DNA from: Lepidodermella squamata
Taxonomy: Eukaryota > Animalia > Gastrotricha
DNA length: 64,000 nucleotides
Reading direction: 5' to 3'
NCBI GenBank assembly: GCA_047495785.1
Contig: JBLDXI010000029.1
Coordinates: 1,116,001-1,180,000 of the forward strand
In this document: positions 13,001 to 26,445 of the stretch, piece by piece
Layout: each line of letters opens with the position of its first letter
How positions within the stretch are numbered: the stretch's first letter is position 1
The notes under the pieces: generated by a model
Told to the model about the DNA's origin: nothing
What the model saw: only the letters and a program-made list of their open reading frames with translations
Database searches by the model: none
Made by a program: the position numbers and the translations under genes

Positions 13001-14179
13001 AGTCACGAGATATTGTTGTAATATACTGAACTCGCTGTTTTCGTTCAAGTTCGCTTTTCAAATTTTACTGCAAAGCTTGAAATTTTTCTGCTCAGCAAAT
13101 TTACCCGTAAAATTTTAATCACCTTTTATTCCTTGAATTTATTTACATTTTTCGATATTTTATCCGTGACATTAGGCATAAATTCCAACTTTTTCATTGA
13201 ACCTTTTCTTTCACATTTTTATCAAATTATTTTGCGAATTTTAGTTTAGATAGGCCGGATTTTCGAAGCTATAATTTGGGTTTTTTATTTTCCCCGAATT
13301 TTCGGGTCGCCCTTGAGGCCTTCTGAAGCTCACCCTTGAAATGCAAAGATTAGAGCTTTTGGAAGACACCCGAAAACCTTTGGTGTTTACATGAGAAGAA
13401 TTTTCAACCGCTGTCTAAGCCTGACCTTCCTGATATTCAGGGGACAACAAAAGAAATCGCCCTTGGGTCTGATATAAATCGGAAAAATTTATAATTGTTT
13501 TTATTATTTTAATTTCTCCAAAAAAATTCGAATAATTGAATGCTTCGATTTGTGAAGTTGATCGGATTCTATCAAATTTTTTAAATGAATAATTTCCTAT
13601 TATTTATAGAAAAATCAAATTTTCGTCGTTTCTGTTATCTCGAATTTTTTGGACGATTCTCTTCATATTGGATAGGATTTTTTCGATTTTTTTTCTTTAA
13701 AACCATTTCAGTATTAGTACTCGCTTGTTTCGATATTCAGGAATTTATTGCTTAAATTGAGAAAAGCTAGAAATTGGTTAATCCTCGCAATATTCTCAGC
13801 AAAACAGAATCTCAATTTTGCCGCAAAATCTGTGTATTTTATCAGTATTTTTATTTGAATCTTTTTAGGTGAAAGTCTTTGATTTTTTTCTCACAGTTTC
13901 CGTTCCAAATGAGCGAGCAGCTCAGAACCCGAAAAGTCGGATTTCCTATTGTAATTCAAAGCCTGTTGAAATTAGACCGATATTCTAGCACTTTTAGCGA
14001 CTATAAGAAGTTTTATCCACATTTTCTATTATTTTTTCTTGATATCGATTTCAATATTTTTCCTTACTTTAACTTAATTTTTTGCTCTATTAAATAGGTT
14101 TTAAATTGTGAATTTCGGAAGTTGAGTGATTAAGTGTGAAAAAGCAATACTTCCGAAAATTAAAGCCGAAAAACTAGCG

Positions 14180-17100
14180 ATGGACTTTATGTCCGACGAT
14201 TTCGCCTCGTTCTGCCCCGTCATGGACCTGTCGACGTCGAACAAACAAGGCTCGAACGCGAACAACAACGGCACAGCCTCGCCATCGCCATCCAACGGCG
14301 AGGACGCATCGTCAGAAGGCGGCTATCACGCCCTCCGCAGCCGATCAACCCCGAAACGCACCCCGTCGCAGTTAGACGACGACCCGGCGATAAACGGCGC
14401 GTTTTCCCTCAAAGAGACATTCCACCTGCTAGACGCTGTTAATAAACACCTGGCGGAACTGGCGAATCCGAAGTTGAAAAAATACAGAATTTGGGTTCGG
14501 ATTGCTGAGGATATCAATAAGCTATGCGATTCGAAGTTCAACGGCGGGCAGTGCTCGTCGCGATTTCGCAATTTAAAGTGCCGTTTCGGGAAGTTGCAGA
14601 ACCACTTCAAGGCGACTGGCGAGTTGAAAACGTGGCCGTTTTACAATAGAATGCTGGCCATGTTCCCGGATGAAGCGTCTTTCAGTTGGCTGAACGCTGT
14701 TGTGGCGGAAAAGGACGAAGAGGAGGAGGCGGCGAATGAGCCCCAGAATAATAATAATAGTGACCAGGAGGAGATGATGGAGGATGAGGACGAGCCTAGG
14801 GTGGCTAATAACCGGTCGCGGGGCGGCCACACGGCCGGGTTCACGACAAACAGCGCCGGCGAGTTGGTGCCGTGTTTTACCCTGAAAGAATCGATGACCC
14901 TCCTCGACGTAGTTCGCCGGCATATCGGCGAGTTGAAAGACCCGCGGACGTGCAAGGGGAAGATTTGGGCGAAAGTTGCCGCTGAGGTTAACAAAAAATG
15001 CGGGTGTTCGCACACGGGGGCGCAGTGTTCGGCGCGTTATCGCAATTTGAAATGCCGGTTTTTGAAGCGGAAGCAAAAGGGAACCGATATGACGTGGACG
15101 TTCGGCGCCAAGTTGGCGCAGGTTTTAGACGCGGAGAATGAGGTTAAGGGCGAGCTGGCGGCGGCGTCGGGTGACCAGGGCTCCGCCTCGCCGCCTCAGC
15201 ACCACCAGTTGTCGAGTTTGTTGGCGAACAACGAACCGGCTAGCCCTCTAAAATTGACCACCCCACCGCCAGTTCGAAGTAGTAATAGCAACCGGGCTCA
15301 GCAGGTGAATGGCGGTAGTCATCATAGTCAATCTCAGCCGCTGGATTTAGGCGGTACTAGTCGTTCGGCTTCGCATCACTCGAATGGGCATGGGCTGACG
15401 GCGCTTCAGCAGCATCAGGCCGCGGCGAGACGGCGGCGGTCGAGGATTTCGGCGGGGCCTAGGGCTCGTTTGCCGGCGGCGGCGGTTGGTTCGGCGAAGG
15501 AGCTGCTGAGCAGTGGCCAGGTTAATCTAGTCGCGTCTAGTCCGGTCGCGCCCACGCCGGATGCGTCGACGCCTGGTGGCGCGTCGGCGAATGGCAGTGA
15601 TTGTTTCACGGCCTCGGAAACGGTCACTCTTCTCGATTTGGTCGCTAAGTATCTCAAGGTAAATTTAATTAATTTTAAAATAATTCTTCAAAATTAAAGT
15701 TTCTATTGGAGCTGAGTTTAAAATTGAGGAATTCTGAGCCGGAATTTTTTAGTCTCTAATTTTTTATTTCTAAACCATTATTGAAACTCCAAATTCTACA
15801 TACACTATTTTTATGACCTCAAATGGGCGAAAATACTTTTATTTTCATTTTACACATCTGAACACCAAGTGGGTTTTCGAAGACTGTATTAAAAAGTACG
15901 CCCAACATCATTATATTAAATTTTTTTCAATTTGATGAGGAAATTCCTAAATTTTACTTTTCAATCGAAGCGAAAAATTCTGCAAACAAATATTTAATTA
16001 GTTAGGAATTTAAAATTTGAGTAGTTCAGCTGCTAACCCTGCCGGTGGCAAATCTCATTTGTAAAATTAGATACCTATCGAAGCTAGTTATCAAGTTTTT
16101 GATTTCACGGCGCAAAAAATCACCCGAAGTTGCGTGCCGTAAATTCGAAAAAAATCTCCGAGGCCCTGAATGACCAATTTCTGAGAACGCAAAAAATTAT
16201 CGGCCGGCATCAATTGTGAGAGGCATTGGGACTTGACAATTTAAATTCAGAAAATTTAAAAATTCAGAAAATAATCTCTAAAAATTGATCAAATTCCTAA
16301 TTTACTCTTTTTCCTAAGTTCCAAAATTTGTCCTTAACTTACAATTTTGAATACTTTCTCAATTTCCAAGATTTTTGTATACGGGCTGAACTACAATCAA
16401 TGCCCGATTTTTTCCATTATTTTTCTATTCTCCGCTTTCCATCACTTCAAGTTCGTAAAAAGGTCCATAACGTTCTTTGAAATTGACTTAATTTACAAAT
16501 TTTCTGTTCTTTCATTATTTTCAAACTTAATAAAGATTAAAGTATTAAGATCCACAACTTTCAAATTTCGAAGGTTTTCTTTTTCTAGAATAAGGCTAGA
16601 ATCGGTTGAAAATAATTTTAGCAATTAAAATTTCGAATGCGCGGAATTTGTTGCAATTTTTATGAAAACTAGTTACCTGCGATTCTTCTATCCCAATTCT
16701 CTTTTTGCATTGAAACTATGATTTTGGTGCAGGACATTAGATGCCATCAATACCGTAAAATTTTCAAAATTGTTACCTGGGACTGGGAAATTGGGACTGT
16801 AAAGGAGAAAATGAGAAAGAAAAAAATCGCATTGAAACTGGAGAGACTGGTGTTTAAAATGCTGGATTATAATTACTAATTGTTCTTGAATTTCAAATTC
16901 ACAGGATTTAAACAGCCCCGCAGAATCCGGTGTGCGCCGCCACGACATTTGGACTCGCATCGCAGCCGAGCTGAACGACGCCTACGGAACACACTACACT
17001 AGCACTCAGGTAAAAACTATTCAAAACCCATCATAAAATTCCAATGATTTACCCTTTCAAAAACAATCACCTACAGTGCTCGGCGCGATTTCGCAATCTC

Positions 17101-17952
17101 AAATGCCGCTTCATCAAAACGCAAGAGTACAACCGGGTAACAGGCGCCGATAAAAAGGTTGCCTTCAACGACAACATCGCTCGGTTATTCGCGGCCGAAT
17201 CAGCCATTGGAGCCGAGGCGTTGAATGGCGACCAAAATTCGAGCGGATCCGAACAGGTGAGTCCGAGAAAATCAGCGGCGGGCTACGCATCGCCACCGAC
17301 ACCTGGGTCTTACTCGCAAAACGGCAGCCCGCCCGGGGCACATCAGCAATCAGCAATCAGGAGTAGTAGTAATAAGCCGGTTGTTCACTTGCAGAACGGC
17401 CAGCCGAGAATAAATATAACAGCAATAACACCCATCCAAACAGCCCACTCATCATTTGCCCTACCACAACGGCCAGCGTCACGGGTTGGCCTGTTCGCAA
17501 ACAACAAACCATCAACGCTAAATTCATGTGGAGTTGATTTAACAGCCGCAAAACAGCAACAGCGTTTGAATACACATAGCACGTCGTCGTCGAAAAAAGA
17601 GGCTGTCATCGAACAGCTGCGGGCTATGCACGATGATTGGGTGCAGGTAACAGAACGGCGGCATTTAGAGGTTATGGCGGTGTTGCGACAGGTAGCCGGG
17701 CAACTGGCGGCCGCGGGTATGGCGGCGCCGGTTGGCCTGGTAGACGGCGCTACGGCGGCGGCGCTGGTCATGTGCCAGCAGCCGAGCGGCGTCGATGAGT
17801 TGTTGCTGGCTAATGACGCGGATATAGACATGATGGAACAGGCGGATGACGATGAAATGGATGAGGTGAAGCAGGAGTTGATAGGCCAGGACGAAATCGA
17901 AGACGACGAGGCTGACCTAGCGTCGTCTATCGCCTCGGAATTAGCCGAATAA
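14180..17952 (+). CDS. Trihelix-type transcription factor with three Myb/SANT-like DNA-binding domains (Myb_DNA-bind_4-like) and a C-terminal coiled coil plus acidic tail
   Basis: Exons 14180-15658, 16905-17009, 17077-17952, in frame across GT-AG introns. Three repeats of F[ST]xxE[TS]xxLLD...IWx[RK][IV]AxxxN...QCS[SA]R[FY]RNLKCRF; C-terminal helix EAVIEQLRAMHDDWVQVTERRHLEVMAVLRQ. Confidence 0.88.
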
Positions 17953-19859
17953 AACACACACCATAACAGTCTTGATTCATTCCTAAATTTGTGATTGATT
18001 GTGTATAACTGAGAAATTTATATATTTGTCTATTATATATATTATTGAGAGAAATTATTATATTTACAACAAAAATATCAAAATTTCGCACACCTTACAA
18101 TCATTTTTATTCTACGTCATGTTGCAAAAAAATTAGTCACACCACCGGGTTCGTTGAGCGAAAACGGTCGAAAATAATTATTATTCATAGCCTTATATTC
18201 GCCTTTTTTATTACTAAAAATTACGGCGTTGTTCAAAAATTGCGTTTTCTTGTCATGATTGTGATGACCTATATAATAATGTCGCTATAGTTTTTGGTGA
18301 GTGTCGTCGTTATACTGCAACATTCTTGTCTCGAGTCTGTGGTCTCTTTAAAAATTGTTCAAAAAATCAGCAATTTTTGATCTTTGTTTTCTTGTCGAAT
18401 TACATATATATTATACAAGTGCACTTAGATTTTTATATTTGACATAATTTTTTTGGTGTCTTGGCCTCGTAATTATAATACAGTATGATTTATTAAAATT
18501 CCTTATTATGATGATAACATTTGTGAAGGAACGAATTTTTCGGTAGAAGAAATGCTACAATTATATAATAAATTTATATTTACCTTCCAAAACATCGCAA
18601 TTGTGCACGGCGTGAAGCGCCTAACCTGTTGTAAAATTCATTATATTGTTGCTGTTATATATAAATATTACTAAAAATTATATAACGAGAGCCTTCTCTA
18701 TTACTTCTGTTGTGCGCTGCATAATAATGATTTATAGTGCGACGAAAATTCGGATAGCCTATATATATATATATATTGTTATTGAAAAAACGTATATATA
18801 TATCGACGTCGTAAAATCAGCATCTTTTCTGTGAACAAAATTCATAAGAATGAGTACGAAAAAATAAACCGAAAAAGTTGAACACATCTTTGCTGTTATT
18901 TTATTTTCAAATTCAAGTTTTACAACATGATTGGTTGCGAGGTGTTCACAAAACGTTCCGGCGAAATAACCCGACTGTCCATAACTTCAGCTTCAGTTCT
19001 CGCAAAATAAATATCCTATTCATCATTGAATAGTTAGTTAAGGTGTCCTATGGTGAAACGTCAATGTGGAGTTGATGGTTAAAACTAGAAAAGCTCTGAA
19101 TCTAATTCGGGCAAAACAACTACCCCGTACTCGACCTTCTAAGCTAATGCCACAGAATTCGTCGCTGCTCTGAGACATAAAATATCGTTTTCTTTTCATG
19201 GAATTCCCAAGTTTTGAATGCTAACTTCATCGAGGGAACGGACACGATCGATTATAGTAACTGGTTGCGCAATCATCTTATCCGTTTATCTACCAACCAC
19301 CAGCCTGCTTTCTTCCTATGTTCCCGCCAAAATGTACGGGAAATTCGTTCATCTCGATTAGTTCCGACAGGTCAATTCGCCAACCTCATCGACTACACAC
19401 ACCAGCTGTCGTAGTACCAATGCGCGAGAGTCCGGCATCCACCGACACATCAAGCAGCAGTTCTGAGCGGTCGGGCATCTCATATGGCGAATACGGTATG
19501 GAAGCCGTTAACGTCGCTGCTCCCGTCCGCCAGCAGGACGGCACCATAACCGTAGTCGGCGGATTGGACACATCTTTCCAGCAGACTCAGATGGTGTTGA
19601 TGCATACGGACCAGATGGAGCCTATGGCCTTAAGAAGGATCCAGCGGATGAAGTGCGTACCGTCGGCTTTCCGGATAATGGCAACATTACCCAGCGGAGC
19701 AGCTGACGAGGGCGCCATTCAAACGCTGACTCACCGGACATGGATCATTGCGCTCGGCAGCGGTTGCATAACACGCTCTATTGTAAGTACGCGAGCCAAG
19801 ACTTCGAGCAAATATTTGGGGATAGGGGAAATGACAATGTTCTCGAAAAATGAAGCGAA

Positions 19860-21019
19860 TATTCTTCATCCTTCAAGATAATTCCGAATGCGATGCTGTG
19901 ATCTCCTTGACCATTTCTGTGCTGTGAACGCTTTCGGATATTTTCAAGAATTTTTAAGGATTTTCGCGTTATCGGTTTGCCACACCGCTGATCACTTCTT
20001 CACGCAGACCGAAGCACGGGAAGACGTTTATCGGAAAGAACAACGTAGCACCCTTAGAAGTTGCCTGTTAGCAGTTAGTGATCCAAAGTGGGCCAAATTT
20101 ATACATAATGAAAATCGTACGTATACAGCGGTCTAAACGGCTAAAAATTAGTTTCAGATGGTGTTTCTTTGATACACATCTTTTTATTATATCTTTTTAT
20201 ATCTTTTTTATTCTGGGTGTGAGTAATTTACCCTTTACCCTCCTATATAAGATGAATTAATTTGAACAAAAAGTTTTATCCTTTCGTATAAAGTGTTGAC
20301 TTGTTACAACAGTCTACCTAGCAATTTCTACACTTTCCTTCTCGCCGCTATTCTTCATCCTTCAAGATATTTCCGAATGCGATGCTGTGATCTCCTTGAC
20401 CATTTCTGTGCTGTGAACGCTTTCGGATATTTTCAAGAATTTTTAAGGATTTTCGCGTTATCGGTTTGCCACACCGCTGATCACTTCTTCACGCAGACCG
20501 AAGCACGGGAAGACGTTTATCGGAAAGAACAACGTAGCACCCTTAGAAGTTGCCTGTTAGCAGTTAGTGATCCAAAGTGGGCCAAATTTATACATAATGA
20601 AAATCGTACGTATACAGCGGTCTAAACGGCTAAAAATTAGTTTCAGATGGTGTTTCTTTGATACACATCTTTTTATTATATCTTTTTATATCTTTTTTAT
20701 TCTGGGTGTGAGTAATTTACCCTTTACCCTCCTATATAAGATGAATTAATTTGAACAAAAAGTTTTATCCTTTCGTATAAAGTGTTGACTTGTTACAACA
20801 GTCTACCTAGCAATTTCTACACTTTCCTTCTCGCCGCTATTCTTCATCCTTCAAGATATTTCCGAATGCGATGCTGTGATCTCCTTGACCATTTCTGTGC
20901 TGTGAACGCTTTCGGATATTTTCAAGAATTTTTAAGGATTTTCGCGTTATCGGTTTGCCACACCGCTGATCACTTCTTCACGCAGACCGAAGCACGGGAA
21001 GACGTTTATCGGAAAGAAC
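19860..21019. repeat. Near-perfect 489-bp tandem repeat (about 2.4 units)
   Basis: Units start at 19860, 20349 and 20838; identical ORFs recur at a 489-bp offset; I saw one substitution near the unit start (AGATAATTCC vs AGATATTTCC). Confidence 0.95.
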
Positions 21020-21218
21020 CGCCAGACTGTTTCTGCAAAAATGGAGACACATGCGACGGGCCCAAGTATTTTCAAGAATTTTTAAGGATTTTCGCGTTAT
21101 CGGTTTGCCACACCGCTGATCACTTCTTCACGCAGACCGAAGCACGGGAAGACGTTTATCGGAAAGAACCGCCAGACTGTTTCTGCAAAAATGGAGACAC
21201 ATGCGACGGGCCCAAGTA
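20917..21218. repeat. 150-bp tandem duplication overlapping the end of the 489-bp array
   Basis: TATTTTCAAGAA...GGGCCCAAGTA starts at 20917 and again at 21067. Confidence 0.93.
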
Positions 21219-22385
21219 AAACGTTAAATGTTGGTTCTAATATCTATGTTCTATGTTGGAAAATATTGCGCACGCGCTCATCATCTATTTCCCCTCACTT
21301 GTATTTATGATCTGTCTTTCAGCTGATGTTGGACGCGTCCTCGAAAAATTGCATTGCGATAATGGAAGGTATAGGTATGAAGACGAGCGAGAAATAGGCA
21401 CCTTACGCAAAGGGAGAAACACCTGATGGGAATGATTGCCCCCTGGCTGAAATGGCGAATGTCACAGGCTTAGCGCAATAACAAAACTGCAATCGACGAA
21501 AGTTTGCTAACTATTATTGCGCGTGAAATCTCAGAAATGTGGTAATTTGGGTGAAGAAAGAATTTCACAAGAACAACCAGCTGTGACGAATTCCACAGAA
21601 TGAGCACCGAATGGCAGAGCCATACATCAATTCATGCGACTACTCATAGCTGGTATTCCTCGAGATTTACACCCGTGACGGTAATCTGATAGTCGGAGCA
21701 GCCAAATTGCATTCTGAATAATACAGTCAGGCAATTTCTGTAAAAACGGAGCAACTTGCGATGGGCCCAGGTAAAACGTTAAATGGCATCTTAAATCTAC
21801 TTCTATTGTGAAAATGCGCGTAAGTCCGGTAACTACCGACGCATATGGCAGCGAAGCGAGCAGCTCTGACCAGTCAGGTCCATCGTTCGGTGAATACGGC
21901 ATGGAAGCCGTCAACGTCTCCGCACCCGCTGCCTGACTAATACTTTTCTGCAAGAACGGAGCGACTTGTGATGGCCCAAGTAAAACGTTAAATGACATCC
22001 TAAATCTAGTTCCAGAGAACGTTGGACTGGTATATTTTTACGATGTTAATTTTTTCACATTCGGAATTATAAATTATCTATTAATAACCGCTCTGCTTGT
22101 TTCTTTTTAGAAATTTACAAAATTATGGCCGATTGTGTCCCATTTAGCGACGACGCTTTGATCAAATGCCGCCTGGAATTAAGTGGTAGCAGTTGTGTGT
22201 TCATACACAGATCCATGCGACTACGCATAGCTGGTATTCCTCGAGATTTACAACCGTGGCGGTAATCCGATAGCCGTGGCAGTCAAATTGCATCCTGACT
22301 AATACAGTCAGGCAATTTCTGCAAGAACGGAGCGACTTGTGATGGCCCAAGTAAAACGTTAAATGACATTTTAAATCTAGTTCTA
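21031..22385 (+). pseudogene. Five scattered copies of an EGF-like exon fragment (FCKNG[AD]TCDGP), with a ~170-bp block duplicated at a 581-bp offset
   Basis: Copies start at 21031, 21181, 21736, 21946 and 22317; four are followed by GTAAAACGTTAAATG (donor-like); block 21633-21803 resembles 22214-22385; upstream segments contain stops (TDPCDYA*). Confidence 0.55.
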
Positions 22386-22855
22386 TCATCAGAGTATCAT
22401 CAAAGTATCTCAAGTCAGCAGATGCAGAGCTTGGGTCACTTGTATTTAAAGGGAAACCAAATTCACGTGATGGGTCGGAAAGATCGCACCCAATCGACGA
22501 GGATACTTACTCATTCATATGGATGGCAAGTGGCAAGCGTCCCGTCAGCGCTCAGGCGCCGGACCGGATAGCGGACCATCGATCAAGGAGCTGTACAGAC
22601 CATCACAGCGCGAGTATGGTGGCTGACTATGCGACCAGAGAGCATTGAAGTGGTAATATATCTGTTGGTTGTAGTTGAACAGCATTCCCTGCACCCGCAT
22701 AGCAGATCAACTGATCTACCTCGACGAGGCCAATTTCCTGTTACAACTTCAAGCGATGGGCCACTTCCCAGCCCAATTGGACAACCTTTCTAAAAGCTAA
22801 CGTTTATCATTATCTCGCATTTTTCCTTCAGAAATATTATAAACTGGAGGGAAGG

Positions 22856-23175
22856 TGTGAAAGGTTAACTATATTGCATCATCCAAATTATGAATGTTGT
22901 AATGACGCAAGTCGTTGCCGTCCTGGCGTCAAGAGTGTTACATCCTGCGTCACAGGTGTAACAAACTTACGTCAGAACGGGAACGATGTGCGTCAATAGA
23001 TTCTTATGAATAATCTGTTAGGGTATATAAACCCCTTGTAATCTCTATATCGAATCAAGTTATTAGCCATTCTACCTTGTATGAGCTTAATAAAATCCAT
23101 AGTGGTAACTCTTGGACTTGTTACCTTTGCTACCTTTTGTTGGCTCCTCATTATATTTCTACATTACGTCATACA
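22856..23175 (+). mobile_element. Possible solo or 3' LTR remnant
   Basis: Purine tract GGAGGGAAGG directly before TG at 22856; TATATAAA ~23024; AATAAA ~23089; candidate CA ends ~23162-23175. No partner LTR seen. Confidence 0.35.
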
Positions 23176-23952
23176 AGAACTCACGCGGCTTAGTTTCCAA
23201 AGTATCCGTATGGCATTATTGTAAAGCCATTATGTTTTATGATGTTTACCGTGATGAGGTCTATTTAACTGAAGATTTTCAAGTAAAATTTGTCCTTCTC
23301 CAGTGTTGGAAATAATCGCCCACGATTTGCGTCATATGGATTTGACTTAACTTGTATTGCTTTGTCGTGTATAAAAGATTAGTGGCTAATGGCCATTAAG
23401 GTATTAGGCCAACGGCTTTGAACTTATTTTAGACTAATGTAATTTACCATCCTATATAAGATAAATTAAATAAAATAAACGTTTATCCTTCTCCAGAAAT
23501 CTGAGTGGACTTTTTACCTTATTTTCTTTCTATATCCAGAATTCTTGGGTGGATTTTTTACAGAAATTTTCTATACCGTCCATTAGACGGTTACAAGACG
23601 AATTGTTACATTTGTTGCCCGGGGACGCAGATAACCCTCGAGTCGCTTCCAAGGCGTAATCTGACCATTTCTATAGTATAATGCTTGTATTTGCGTATCT
23701 GAATCATTTTTGATTATTTGAGATCTTTTGAAAAGGTCTGACAAAATCAACAGAATACTGCTCCGATAACCCCGATTTAATTCCTAGTTTTAACCATCAA
23801 CTCATTTTCCAGCTCAGAAAAAAACAATTTTGAAATTCCAATATTGTCCCGATTTTTTAATAAGCCCATTAAATTTTGTGTGTCAGAGATCTGAAGCATT
23901 GTGTTGTAGACAGTCGAGTTGTTCGGAACAGTGAGGTTTTAGGTTCGAGATT

Positions 23953-25219
23953 TTAAAATAATACAAAAAGTACAAAAGTTGCGCAGATAATCGAGGAAAT
24001 TGAAAGGCTTCGAAGCGAAAAAGCGCTGTCTCTATACGCCTCTGAGTCTTCATAAGTCTCAAAACTGGGCGTGGTCGTTCTTTTCTTACTTGGTCGCCGA
24101 CTCGCTCCATCCAAATTGTTGTCCATCCTGCCATTCATTTCGTCCTTGGCCATTTCCGCCTTGATCATAGCAGGGCTTCGAGTTGTCGGCGCAGCCTCCT
24201 GGCCGCATGGCGTTGGGGTAGTCTTTCCGCCATATTCCTTGATGTACTCATCCTCGAAGGCGGTGTAGTCGATTTCTTCAGGACTTTCCGTACTACACTG
24301 CCGGCCGGACAGGTCGTTGTAGATTTCGTACATGCGTTGGATGATGTCAGAGGCCTGATCGCCGCACATGTCGCGAGAGTAGTGCAACCAACAGCCGACG
24401 TAGAGGCGAAGACGGTCGCACTTTTCGCCAATCTTGTACAAAACTCCTGCGACATCGTTGATGTCAGCATTCGTTGATTCAGGCAGCTCGGCGTACGGAT
24501 CATCGACGTTCAACATTGATGGAGTCGAGAATCCCTGGCGGTATGTTTCGGTTTGGTTTTCAACATCCGGGAATTGTTGCCTAAACAAGCGAAGCGTTTC
24601 ATGCATAAGTTGAATAAGAATTTGTGAACTTACGAGCATACGGATTTCTCAATATATCCCGGAGAAGTAGTTGGGGGTTGGGTGGTCGTTCGACCTGGGC
24701 AAGGAGCCATTGTTGTAGTTGAGTTTCGAGTTGCCAGGAAATCATTGCTACACTTCCTGAGCTTGACTGTAATCTAAAATTCAAGAAATCATGAATTTCG
24801 AGTATTTCAATGTTATCGAGGTTCATTACCTCGCAAAGAACGACTAGATAGTACAGCCTGAAGACTTGGCCCCGTTTGCCAATGTTGAACTGGCATTGGA
24901 TGGCAGCCTCTCGACCAGTGCAGTCGATGATAGGTTGGAAGGATAAACAGATCTATAAGATTCAAAATACATGGTTAACAGGACTTTAAAGGCTCTTAAG
25001 TATCCTTACCTTGTCAATCTTCGCTTCCGACTCATTCTTCGAGAGCTTCTGCTGAGCGTTGATGGACGAAGATTCCTGCAGAAGGTTTCGAATGATGCCA
25101 AAATTGTTGATCAGGCAGGAGCTGACCACACTACAGTCCACCGCTGCCTCAACCACTGGGGCGAAGGTGACCAGCCCCAGCAGCACGACGGCCGCGCTCA
25201 ATTCATGTAAAATGATCAT
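23953..25219 (-). CDS. Secreted Cys-rich protein, probably GPI-anchored
   Basis: Four exons (25219-25010, 24952-~24830, ~24773-~24634, ~24581-23953) with GT-AG introns; signal peptide LSAAVVLLGLVTFAPVVEA; two Cys-patterned helical regions separated by Thr/Pro linkers; terminal hydrophobic tail SAFSLRSLSISSIICATFVLFVLF-stop. Confidence 0.75.
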
Positions 25220-26363
25220 TCTACAGCTAACAAGAGGTTCATTTATAGGGCTGGCAGTGGCGAGAAAAAAGCGGCGTTTTTTTTACGGCTATGACAATTA
25301 ATACTTGGACGTGGCAAGTTTTTTCATTTAGATGTAAATGCTTTAAGTGAAAGATTCGCCACAGTTTAAGGCGCTGTTTATTAAGGCATAAAACGAACGT
25401 CTGCCTGTGTACCCATCTCATCGTCACCTTATGCGGCGCGCACTGAGTCGCGACGTACACACAGTAGGGTGACACATCACGTTATATTCAAGACCTCCGC
25501 TGTGCGGTATCATTTTTACTTTTATTACTTATGCAGTGGATGCATGTGTTTTCGCTCGTTCTTCAATTGTTGTCGCTTTGAAATGATGCGATAACAATTG
25601 AATAGCTCTGGCTGCATCTGTTGCCGAGCACAAACACTCGCGCTCGCCGCTCAGGCAACGCTGTGGCACGGCAACTTTATTTGCTGTTTAATTTGCGCGC
25701 ATTCTAAAGCAATTAACAATGAAAGGCGCATATACAGACTGTTTGCGGCATAACACACGTCTTATTCTAAGCTGCGGAGGCCGGCCGGCTAATGAATGGA
25801 AGTTCACAGCGGAGAGCTTAATTGAGGTAAACTTGAAGTTCGAGACAAGAATGTCCAAATGAGGCCTTCAAGTGACTTGAGTATAAGAAAAAATTGAACG
25901 CTAATTTGAACTAATTGATCAAATCCTGACATTCAGTTGTTTGCTCAAGACTTCTTCTACACATACCTAGATGAAACATGAAGCATGATTGAACGCATGC
26001 CAGTGACTTGAGCTGATTGTTGGCTTTTTGGCCAAATATTCATCCTCAAACATTCGTTTTTACGCTCTACAAGCATTCAGCGTTTCTCGACAAAAAGGCG
26101 GTCGATAGGTCAAAGAATTCAGTCCAAACGTTCCCGTCCTGAACATTAACTGGAGAGTGGTAATTGGACCTTGGTAACAGCTGCTATGATCGTCGGTTTT
26201 CGATTTTGACTTCTGCTGGTCCATGATTTTTTCACAGAAGAAAGTATTATGACCAGAACACTCGGGCTAGTTCATTGGTTGAATTGAGATGGAGTAACCC
26301 AAACGCTCAAGGTATTTGAGGTATGCTGAACGAGAAATAGTTCATCTTGTTAAGGTTCAGTGA

Positions 26364-26445
26364 GCTGCTATGCCCGAGTGGTTAAGGGGTCTGACTTGAA
26401 ATCAGATGCGGTCTCCGCGCGTAGGTTCAAATCCTACTGGCAGCG
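26364..26445 (+). tRNA. tRNA-Ser(TGA), identical to 3732-3813
   Basis: Same 82-nt cloverleaf; T-run downstream. Confidence 0.95.

Noticed and set aside
19318-19881. 187-aa ORF as an intact gene
   Set aside because: No recognisable domain, runs into the tandem repeat, and part recurs as a broken copy at ~21815-21930; more likely repeat or TE debris.
19860-22385. Repeat array as CRISPR or as a real multi-copy gene
   Set aside because: Eukaryotic context, long units without unique spacers, no cas genes; the repeated ORFs simply follow the DNA duplication.
25800-26350. Coding-like sequence between the GPI gene and tRNA-Ser
   Set aside because: Stops in the frames I read and no recognisable motif.
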